DNA from: an uncultured Bacteroidales bacterium
Lineage (GTDB): Bacteria; Bacteroidota; Bacteroidia; Bacteroidales; WCHB1-69
Length of the DNA stretch: 64,000 nucleotides
Reading direction: 5' to 3'
Assembly (NCBI GenBank): GCA_900315705.1
Contig: ONAB01000002.1
Location: forward strand, 60,399 to 124,398
In this document: positions 56,957 through 63,885 of the stretch, piece after piece
Layout: each line of letters opens with the position of its first letter
How positions within the stretch are numbered: the first letter of the stretch is position 1
Translations under genes and position numbers: made by a program
The notes under the pieces: model-generated
Told to the model about the DNA's origin: nothing
Databases searched by the model: none
The model's input: the letters and a program-made list of their open reading frames with translations, nothing else

Positions 56957-57517
56957 CTATAAAAGGCATATATAACCAACAACGCAAATGATACACCAAA
57001 TAATACTCCAGTTCTTTCTAAAATTCCACATATTAATTCCTAACAACTCTGTACCGTAACGTAGTGCCGCACATGTCAGTATCACAAGTAGCCAATACAG
57101 AAATTCTCTGGCAGAGTAATCTATGAACCACGACCAAAACATCATCACTGGACAGAGGCGTGCTAAAAGAAGACTAAACTTCATTAAATTCGCGATTGCT
57201 GTTTTTTTTGACGTTTCTGCACCTTGATCGAGTTCTTCATCTCCTGCTACTTCAAACTCTCCGATCATCTCATAAAAATCATATTCAGGAACATTTAACT
57301 TAAAAATAAGTCTCAGCACGCATGTTATTATCATAACGATCCCAGACAACATAAACAATAAACTCGTATCGCTTCTGTCGAATTCAATAAAAAGGAATTT
57401 ACCAACTGCATCGTGGAGGTAAGTTTCTGTATCGCTATTGACACCACACGACACAGTCAAAACCGCGCAAGCGGCAATTAGCACAAATAATAAAAGATTT
57501 AAATGTTTCTGTTTCAT
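56957..57517 (-). CDS. multi-pass membrane protein, family not recognised
   Basis: 186-aa AT-rich ORF with a signal-like N-terminus and four hydrophobic segments. Lies 10 nt after the Cys-rich ORF. Confidence 0.5.
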   Translation of the reverse strand: MKQKHLNLLLFVLIAACAVLTVSCGVNSDTETYLHDAVGKFLFIEFDRSDTSLLFMLSGIVMIITCVLRLIFKLNVPEYDFYEMIGEFEVAGDEELDQGAETSKKTAIANLMKFSLLLARLCPVMMFWSWFIDYSAREFLYWLLVILTCAALRYGTELLGINMWNFRKNWSIIWCIICVVGYICLL

Positions 57518-57527
57518 ATTAATTAAT

Positions 57528-57716
57528 TTAAAGGTTTTTTCGTTCTTTCATATATCCGAATGCGCATTGGCTGCATTTGAAACCACCAGTGCTGTATCTG
57601 CCTTTATGATAAGGCAGGCAAAACGGGCAAATACGATAACCGCATTTGTCGCAGACATACCATCTGTTTGTTTGGGGATACTCTTTCCCACAACATTGAC
57701 AAGGAATCCATGCCAT
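57528..57716 (-). CDS. Cys-rich double zinc-ribbon-like small protein (62 aa)
   Basis: Ten Cys arranged CxCC, CxxC, CxxC, CxxC (CQCCG...CDKCGYRICPFC...CSQC). Confidence 0.5.
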   Translation of the reverse strand: MAWIPCQCCGKEYPQTNRWYVCDKCGYRICPFCLPYHKGRYSTGGFKCSQCAFGYMKERKNL

Positions 57717-57735
57717 AATATTGAATTTTAATTAG

Positions 57736-58614
57736 TTATAGTTTATATTTGCTTATATCGAAATCATACTTGAGAAAAAGGGAATCAAGTTGTTTGAAAT
57801 CAATCGATTCTTTGAGACATCCTGCTATATAGTTGATGATAACGTAGGTTTGAATCACTTCACGATCGTACAAAACGCAAACATGACGCTCGTAATCGGC
57901 TTTGGTGTAGGGGTGTTGCGGGGTGCGGCAAAGCTCGAAGTCGAGCAACTCCAACGCCCAGGTGTAGTTCTGCTCGTGGATGGCGTTGTGCAGCACCTCG
58001 TGGTCGTGCATGATACGAAGATTGCGGATGAGCACTTCCGCAGCAATAAGATGGTTCTGCTGCCACCCCGACTCGTTGTACTGCTGCCATTTGGCCACTT
58101 CCGCTTCAATCTGCTCACGTTCCATAAAGACGGCATCGCAGATACGGTAAGGACATTCCACGCTGTATTGCAACAGATACGGTTTCAGGTCTGCGCCGGT
58201 TTTCTCAATATGGATGGGGTAGTCTAATTCCAGCACACACTCCATCCTGTTGGTTTTAATGCCTAACGCCCGCACATCCTGACAGCAGTAGAAATCGCGC
58301 AAAGCATCTTCCTTAAGCAACAGGCCCCAAACATCTGTAGGCATTTCGGGCGTGTAAAGGAAAGGGTACTGCGAATAGCACAACCCGTTCCCTTTGCTCA
58401 CAATATACCGACCATCCTCGTGTCGACCCACAACAAAGCTGCGGCCGTGGAGAGGACTGACTTGCCACATCGTTTTATTTCCGTTTTCGGAACGAAGATA
58501 AGGGAAAAACACGTTTCTTTTACCACTATTTTCCAATACAAGGCATTTCAGATTAAAAGCGTAAAATGAAATCATTCTATTAATATTCGTATTCAACTGG
58601 TCCAGATTCATCAT
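57736..58614 (-). CDS. hypothetical protein with a weak kinase-fold-like signature
   Basis: LHNAIHEQNYTWALELLDFE resembles the HxDxHxxN...DFx catalytic segment of small-molecule kinases, but with Ala in place of Asp. The alternative ATG 58575 would remove the overlap with the upstream small ORF. Confidence 0.5.
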   Translation of the reverse strand: MMNLDQLNTNINRMISFYAFNLKCLVLENSGKRNVFFPYLRSENGNKTMWQVSPLHGRSFVVGRHEDGRYIVSKGNGLCYSQYPFLYTPEMPTDVWGLLLKEDALRDFYCCQDVRALGIKTNRMECVLELDYPIHIEKTGADLKPYLLQYSVECPYRICDAVFMEREQIEAEVAKWQQYNESGWQQNHLIAAEVLIRNLRIMHDHEVLHNAIHEQNYTWALELLDFELCRTPQHPYTKADYERHVCVLYDREVIQTYVIINYIAGCLKESIDFKQLDSLFLKYDFDISKYKL

Positions 58615-58768
58615 TCATGTTTTTGACTTCTTCTTCACAATCTTCTTTTGTAGAATAAACGCCCTCCAGTATCTCAAAAACATTATTTACCACATTCAAT
58701 CTTATTATTTTATAGATTGAATCTGTGATTTGGAGCGAATGGCAAGGGAACATTTTTATTTTTTCCAT
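58580..58768 (-). CDS. possible 62-aa acidic small protein
   Basis: MEKIKMFPCHSLQ...EDCEEEVKNMNDESGPVEYEY. This is the only part of track ORF 58580-58906 lying downstream of the hairpin. Weak support. Confidence 0.25.
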   Translation of the reverse strand: MEKIKMFPCHSLQITDSIYKIIRLNVVNNVFEILEGVYSTKEDCEEEVKNMNDESGPVEYEY

Positions 58769-58799
58769 TTTTGACAATAATATTAAAACAGTTTTTTCT

Positions 58800-58834
58800 A
58801 AACAAGTAGGGTAGACATGCCACCCTACTTGTTT
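58800..58834 (-). terminator. 13-bp perfect hairpin (putative terminator or processing site)
   Basis: aaacaagtagggt / accctacttgttt arms with a 9-nt loop. On the minus strand it sits 8 nt after the 34-aa ORF stop. Only a short U stretch follows. Confidence 0.5.
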
Positions 58835-58842
58835 GATTGAGA

Positions 58843-58947
58843 TTAGATTTGACGCCACATAACTCCGCAAACTCCTTCTGAAATTTGTGAGCAGTGTCCC
58901 ATGCAAATCACTTGGGAAGTTTTGCTAATTGACAATTCTACTTTCAT
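58843..58947 (-). CDS. unannotated 34-aa ORF, candidate RiPP precursor peptide
   Basis: Hand translation gives MKVELSISKTSQVICMGHCSQISEGVCGVMWRQI. The ATG is 46 nt after the radical SAM/SPASM stop and the stop is 8 nt before the hairpin. It is too short for the ORF track. Confidence 0.35.
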   Translation of the reverse strand: MKVELSISKTSQVICMGHCSQISEGVCGVMWRQI

Positions 58948-58993
58948 TTCGGTAAAATTCAAGCGGTTACAGGTGTACTGCGGGAGACACCAT

Positions 58994-60529
58994 TTATCCC
59001 TTTGTATCATACTGGCGTTGGAGCATCACCTTGGCCTTCGGCAACGCTTGCAATGCCTTTACAAATTCTTGTCCGTGAAGCGGGTCATACCCATCCATCA
59101 TCATACGCGCCAAATTGAAGCGTATTTTAGCCATATAGCAGCAATTCTCGGCAGGTTTTCGCCAGTCACCATGCTCCATCTGTCCGTGGCCGGCGCAAAG
59201 ATTGCAGTAATCGCAATAATTGTGACGCCCGCATTCTGTGAATTGCTGCAAAGTGTGGTGCTGCCACTGTTGCAACGGCTCATTATCGGCAAACACATCC
59301 GACAAGGTTTTTTCTTTCAGGTTCCCAAAAGATAACGGAAAAGCACAACAAGGCTGTAAATATCCCTCTGGTGTAATGCAAAAGATGGTTTTACCTGCCC
59401 CGCAGGCGATATTATACAGATCGCGGGGGTAGCCGCCGAAGTTAGGAGCCTCGGGGCCAACATAAAGCGGCACATTATCGTCGCGCAATACCACTTGCAA
59501 CTGTTCTTCGGTGAGGCGCAACTGGCGGGCGCAGGTGTCTCTCTCGTTAGAGTCAGAAATGTTGATTTCAAACTGCGGCTGCGCACCCAATTTGAACGCC
59601 AAATCGGCAACTGTATAATAACTGTGCAGGTTGAGTTGCATCACACAACATTTAATGTTCATCGGCACTGCCAATTCGGAAAGCCGGCGCACAACCTTCA
59701 TAGAACGTTCCCACGAGCCCGGCACCCGCGTGATGGCATCGTGGTCTTCGGAAACGCCGCTGTATATGCTCACACCTACTATCCGCGGATAATAATCCGC
59801 CAACCTTTCCACCTCATTCACAATGCGTTGTCCGTTGGTAAACACATCAAACGCAAATTCCTTCTGGTACAGATAGTCAATGATGTCCCACGCGATGGGC
59901 TTCGAAAAGGGATCTCCACCAGAGAGGCACACCTTCACCAAACCAGCTTCATCAAGCTCGTCAATAATGCGTTTGTAGTCCTCCCATTGCAGCTCCTCAC
60001 GGTCTCCGCGATGTGAGATTTCGCTGTCGTTGCGCGTAGCGCCGGGATTGTAACAATGGATGCACTTCTCGCTACAGTTGTAGGTCAACTCGAACATCAC
60101 GGAGGTCACTATGCCTTGTGCCTCCACCGCATCGTAATATGCCTGTTCGGCATTGGAGGTCTCCATTGGCAGTTTCTCAAGGGTGGTTTTCTCCACCCGC
60201 TGCTCGCGACACTTCACTTCCGCCAATTGATGCCGGTAGCGAAGAATGTCCTCTTTGGTCGGCACGACAGGGACAAGAAGTCCCAGTTCCACAAACTGCT
60301 GGAAAAATGGTTCGATACTTTCCTCGGCAATGCCTGTATTCTGTGCTACTTCAGTGATTGAGACTTCTTCATTCCTTTTCACGTTGAGAATCTGCCCCAC
60401 TACATCTGCGGAGTAACTTTCAAAAAAGTAGCTGTAGCCGGCGATGAGGTTGTACATCAGCGCCACTTGTTTTTCGGCGTTATATCTGCCACAGGTCCAT
60501 TCGGGACGGAAATAGCTATTCTTTGCCAT
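58994..60529 (-). CDS. radical SAM/SPASM peptide-maturase-like enzyme with N-terminal RRE (PqqD-like) domain
   Basis: About 100-aa N-terminal wHTH-like segment (VSITEVAQNTGIAEESIEPFFQQFVELGLLV). LTYNCSEKCIHCYN (CxxxCxxC). C-terminal CGAGKTIFCITPEGYLQPCC and CGRHNYCDYCNLCAG clusters. Start set at ATG 60529 (MAKNSYF). Confidence 0.8.
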   Translation of the reverse strand: MAKNSYFRPEWTCGRYNAEKQVALMYNLIAGYSYFFESYSADVVGQILNVKRNEEVSITEVAQNTGIAEESIEPFFQQFVELGLLVPVVPTKEDILRYRHQLAEVKCREQRVEKTTLEKLPMETSNAEQAYYDAVEAQGIVTSVMFELTYNCSEKCIHCYNPGATRNDSEISHRGDREELQWEDYKRIIDELDEAGLVKVCLSGGDPFSKPIAWDIIDYLYQKEFAFDVFTNGQRIVNEVERLADYYPRIVGVSIYSGVSEDHDAITRVPGSWERSMKVVRRLSELAVPMNIKCCVMQLNLHSYYTVADLAFKLGAQPQFEINISDSNERDTCARQLRLTEEQLQVVLRDDNVPLYVGPEAPNFGGYPRDLYNIACGAGKTIFCITPEGYLQPCCAFPLSFGNLKEKTLSDVFADNEPLQQWQHHTLQQFTECGRHNYCDYCNLCAGHGQMEHGDWRKPAENCCYMAKIRFNLARMMMDGYDPLHGQEFVKALQALPKAKVMLQRQYDTKG

Positions 60530-60607
60530 CGTTCCTTTTTTTCCGCACCTCAGGCCCGCAAGGCGCACCACGATATAACAAGAAAGTGGAGCCATTCCAT
60601 TCCCGAC

Positions 60608-60712
60608 TCATCCTAACGTGAGGGCTCGACTCCCTGTCAAATGGATGAGAAGAGCGAACAACCCCACGTTAAGTATATCGTATGAAACGAATACCGAACA
60701 AGGAGCGCTCAT
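60608..60712 (-). CDS. possible 34-aa leader ORF
   Basis: MSAPCSVFVSYDILNVGLFALLIHLTGSRALTLG lies inside the ~290-nt leader. It overlaps a nested hairpin, so it may be non-coding. Confidence 0.15.
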   Translation of the reverse strand: MSAPCSVFVSYDILNVGLFALLIHLTGSRALTLG

Positions 60713-60820
60713 CTTCCCAGTATTCCGATTTGACTTTTGTGAAGTGTCGAGTTTCACGTTACGGAACAAAGCGAAAACGCGCTTTCTGAATGCTGCGGAT
60801 TTTTCCCCGCAACACCGCTG

Positions 60821-60828
60821 CAAAGATA
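60821..60828 (-). promoter_or_regulatory. candidate -7 box (reverse complement TATCTTTG)
   Basis: This is the only TAnnTTTG I found upstream of the radical SAM gene. It implies a leader of about 290 nt. Confidence 0.45.
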
Positions 60829-60892
60829 TAAAAAATAAAAACAGTAAAGACTATTATTCTTGATGAGGACTACAACCTATTTCCGTCCCTCT

Positions 60893-61005
60893 CCTTTTCT
60901 CTGTTCCAATTCTCTCACCGTGCGAGCTACAACCTACTCAAGCTGATAAGTGGATACGCCAAGCGGCTTGTTGAACTAATTCGTCAATGACCCGTTGACT
61001 GTTTA
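60893..61005. repeat. third, degenerate copy of the thioesterase-5'-end/junction sequence
   Basis: ctctgttccaattctctcacc and its flanks are about 80% identical to 46196-46232. The adjoining stretch weakly aligns with the thioesterase 5' coding region but contains stops. Confidence 0.45.
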
Positions 61006-61052
61006 TAATTCTTTCATTATAAAATGCGTACTAACACTTTATGTATTCAATC

Positions 61053-62711
61053 CTATTTGTCAAGTTTTGGATTGGTCATGTATGTTTGACCAGGGGTGTG
61101 GCTCGGTTTAGTGCGTAAGAGTATTCCGTCGGCGACCAAGTCAGGGATTATGAAATTTTGCAGATAGTCCGGACTTCTTTTCAAAAGCGTTGCTAATTCT
61201 TCAATTGAATGATCTACAATACATACTTCAACAATGCACTCCCGCAACTCTTCTTTTGTCATTCTTGGCTTGATTTTCTTTTTTACTGTTCTATCTACGA
61301 TTCGCTTGTTCTCCGCCAAAAGGTCAGTTGCAACATTGTTGCCGGAAGTTCCAATATTAGTTCCAATATTAGTTGTCCTATTAGAACTGTTTATCAAATC
61401 GTTAGCGTCATTAATAGTTGCATCATTAGTTCCAATATTAGTTGCAACATTAGTTCCAATATTTGTTGCAACATTAGTTCCAATATTTGTTACCTCATTA
61501 TCACGCCAGATTGTGGTAATAAACTCGGCACTCAAGTCTATCTCCGGAGCAAGGAGACGAGCCTCTTGCATCCTTCGGATATTTTCTGTAATGCCAGTAC
61601 CGTATTTCTCGATAAAGCCCATCTGGTACATGGCCTCCGCCAAATACGGGTTATGTGGATAGGAGCCGTGTTCTTTCATTAGGTCGGCCTTGGTGAGTTC
61701 TACAGGCAACGTCCCCGGATTGCGTACCACAATACGATTTCGGAACACAGAAACCTGCACACTCCCCGTACTGTTGTAGTCGCGATGAGCCACAGCATTC
61801 ACAATGGTCTCGAAGATGACGGATCGCGGTATCTCAAATTCAACCTCGTTTTGTGCCTCCACGTTTCGCTGGCCATAACGTACCGACAGTTTCGACATCA
61901 CCCAACTGGTGGCTTGGCTGATTTGATCAGCCACACCGCCCTCAAAGATTTTATAGTCCTCAATAGGCTTTACTTTCTCTGTGCCGAGAAACCACGCACA
62001 TTTGATCACCGCCGAGGGGAAAAAGTATTGCGGATCGTTGGCGAACATAAGCAACGCTCCATTGCTGGGCTTGTCCTGCCGCAACAACCTCAGATGCCTA
62101 AGCACCGTCACTGGGTCGGAGTCTTCGGCCAAAGGGAACCCTCGTTTTTGACGGGCATGATGCAAAAAGTCTTTGATTTTCGTTGTATCGATATCGGCCA
62201 TAGAGACATCGTCGCGGGTTTGCTCGTCGAAACTTAATGTTTGGATAATGCCTTTGTATTTAAGATATGCATACAGGGATTGTTTGACCAGTGAAACCAG
62301 AACGGACGGATTAGAAAAAACACGATATGAAAGCTCGTTCTGCACTTTTCGAAAGAAGCGTTCTTCCGCTTCCTCACGTTGTTGTCCGTCCAAATCGCTG
62401 ATGAATGCAACTCTCCAAGCATTTCCCTCTCCTGCCGCTTGATATTCTTTCTCGGTTGGAGAAATGCCGTCCGACAAAATATTGCCATACCTCTTTCCCA
62501 TCAACAGGAGATAAACCTGGCTCGAGGAAGCCTCATCCAAATATAATTGGCGAGGATTCGCATCTTGCGCGGCAATCTGCTCAAAAATGAACGGCTCAAA
62601 GTATTGCCCCATCAACTCATCGTTACGGATGAAGTCAAAAACAAGCTGTCGTTCTTCTGAGAACTCTGATTGCACGCTGCTTATAAATACTTTATATTTG
62701 GGCATGTTCAT
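61053..62711 (-). CDS. DUF4062-like + HATPase_c_4-like putative DNA-binding regulator with tandem-repeat linker
   Basis: Start set at ATG 62711 (MNMPKYKVFISSVQSEFSEERQ). ETIVNAVAHRDY...VRNPG...PHNPYLA...EKYGTGITEN block. TNIGTNVA repeats. The track ORF extension to 62897 reads through the tRNA gene. Confidence 0.7.
   Translation of the reverse strand: MNMPKYKVFISSVQSEFSEERQLVFDFIRNDELMGQYFEPFIFEQIAAQDANPRQLYLDEASSSQVYLLLMGKRYGNILSDGISPTEKEYQAAGEGNAWRVAFISDLDGQQREEAEERFFRKVQNELSYRVFSNPSVLVSLVKQSLYAYLKYKGIIQTLSFDEQTRDDVSMADIDTTKIKDFLHHARQKRGFPLAEDSDPVTVLRHLRLLRQDKPSNGALLMFANDPQYFFPSAVIKCAWFLGTEKVKPIEDYKIFEGGVADQISQATSWVMSKLSVRYGQRNVEAQNEVEFEIPRSVIFETIVNAVAHRDYNSTGSVQVSVFRNRIVVRNPGTLPVELTKADLMKEHGSYPHNPYLAEAMYQMGFIEKYGTGITENIRRMQEARLLAPEIDLSAEFITTIWRDNEVTNIGTNVATNIGTNVATNIGTNDATINDANDLINSSNRTTNIGTNIGTSGNNVATDLLAENKRIVDRTVKKKIKPRMTKEELRECIVEVCIVDHSIEELATLLKRSPDYLQNFIIPDLVADGILLRTKPSHTPGQTYMTNPKLDK
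61326..61499. repeat. 12/24-bp tandem repeats (coding, in frame)
   Basis: agttccaatatt x2 at 61347-61370, and three 24-bp units agttccaatatt+(a/t)gttgcaacatt at 61428-61499. Confidence 0.9.
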
Positions 62712-62750
62712 CTTGTTATTTTGTCGATTTGAAACGTATATATTAGGCGG

Positions 62751-62758
62751 CAAAAATA
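62751..62758 (-). promoter_or_regulatory. candidate -7 box (reverse complement TATTTTTG)
   Basis: 40 nt upstream of ATG 62711. Confidence 0.45.
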
Positions 62759-62781
62759 CGAAAAAAGCGGCGGTAAAGGAC

Positions 62782-62818
62782 AAAAAAAAAAGAGTCCCAA
62801 CGATTGTTGAGACTCTTT
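62782..62818 (-). terminator. intrinsic terminator downstream of tRNA-Leu
   Basis: The minus strand reads AAAAGAGUC-14 nt loop-GACUCUUUU followed by a U run, starting right after the tRNA CCA end. Confidence 0.75.
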
Positions 62819-62903
62819 TGGTGCCCGGAACAGGACTTGAACCTGCACGCCTTGCGGCACACGCACCTGAAACGTGCGCGTCTACCAATTCCGCCATCCG
62901 GGC
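62819..62903 (-). tRNA. tRNA-Leu (anticodon CAG), type II with long variable arm, CCA encoded
   Basis: Hand-folded: acceptor GCCCGGA/TCCGGGC, anticodon stem CACGT/GCGTG with loop TTCAGGT (CAG), variable arm TGCCGCAAGGCGTGC, T arm AGGTTCAAGTCCT, 3' ACCA. Confidence 0.9.
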
Positions 62904-62904
62904 A

Positions 62905-63885
62905 TTAGTAGATACCCTCTTTTATGATGTCATGAATATGAATCACACCAAGATACTTGTCGTTGTCGTCAACCACAAAGAGGTTGGTGATATTCTTCGA
63001 CTTCATCAGCTCCAGTGCATTGACGGCGAGGGTAGAATATAGGACCGTCTTGGGCTGTTTTGTCATCACATCCTGAGCTGTCAAGTGGGCGTAGTCGGGA
63101 TTCCGTTCGAGCATCCGGCGGAGGTCGCCGTCTGTAATGGCACCGATCACTCTGTCATCATCCACCACGGCAGTGACGCCGAGGCATTTTCCGGAGATTT
63201 CCAAGATAACCTGTTGCATCGGGGCGTTCGGGGAGACCATCGGGACATCATTGAACTTGAAGAGGTCGCTGACCTTGAGGGTCAGGCGTTTACCAAGAAT
63301 GCCTCCGGGATGGAGCTTCGCGAAATCCTCCGGGGTGAAGCCTCTCAGCTTGATAAGTGTAGAAGCGAGGGCGTCGCCGAGGGCCAGCTGAGCCGTGGAG
63401 CTGCAGGTGGGTGCCAGGTTGTTGGGGCTTGCCTCCCGGGCCACGGTGCAGTTCAGAACGAACTTGGCCTCGTGGGCAAGGAAGGACTCCGTGTTTCCGA
63501 CCATTGCAATCAGCACATTGCCGTTCTTCTTGAGGAAGGGGGTGAGCTGAGCAATCTCAGGAGTATTTCCACTTTTCGATATGCAAAGAACAACGTCGTC
63601 GGGCTGAATGATGCCCAAGTCCCCGTGAATGGCGTCCGCCGCGTGCATAAAGACCGCAGGCGTTCCCGTGGAGTTCAGCGTGGCGACTATCTTCTGTCCG
63701 ATGATGGCGCTCTTGCCGATTCCCGTGACTATCAACCTGCCTTTGGAATGGAGAATGGTCTCGACACTCTCGACAAAATCCTCATCCAAATACTGTCTGA
63801 CACCTCTTACGGCATCCGACTCCTCTTGCAGCACTTCACTGGCATAATCCAGAATCTCTTTCTTCACGTCCACGTTGATGGTCAT
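62905..63885 (-). CDS. kdsD: KpsF/GutQ-family arabinose-5-phosphate isomerase
   Basis: SIS domain GRLIVTGIGKSAIIGQKIVATLNSTGTPAVFMHA plus tandem CBS domains. The stop codon ends 1 nt from the tRNA 5' end. Confidence 0.85.
   Translation of the reverse strand: MTINVDVKKEILDYASEVLQEESDAVRGVRQYLDEDFVESVETILHSKGRLIVTGIGKSAIIGQKIVATLNSTGTPAVFMHAADAIHGDLGIIQPDDVVLCISKSGNTPEIAQLTPFLKKNGNVLIAMVGNTESFLAHEAKFVLNCTVAREASPNNLAPTCSSTAQLALGDALASTLIKLRGFTPEDFAKLHPGGILGKRLTLKVSDLFKFNDVPMVSPNAPMQQVILEISGKCLGVTAVVDDDRVIGAITDGDLRRMLERNPDYAHLTAQDVMTKQPKTVLYSTLAVNALELMKSKNITNLFVVDDNDKYLGVIHIHDIIKEGIY

Noticed and set aside
58580-58906. 108-aa track ORF as a single gene
   Set aside because: It starts at a TTG and reads straight through the 13-bp hairpin and an AT-rich spacer. 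I split the region into a separate 34-aa ORF in another frame (58843-58947), the hairpin, and at most a 62-aa ORF (58580-58768).
46290-60893. Treating the whole 14.6-kb segment between thioesterase fragments R and B as one mobile element
   Set aside because: It contains rsmI and other GC-rich core-type genes and no recombinase. Only parts of it look acquired, so I report the repeats but do not call a mobile element.
62712-62897. N-terminal 62 residues of track ORF 61053-62897 (MAELVDAHVSGACAARRAGSSPVPG...)
   Set aside because: This stretch is the translation of the tRNA-Leu gene, its terminator and the promoter region. The real start is ATG 62711 or 62705.
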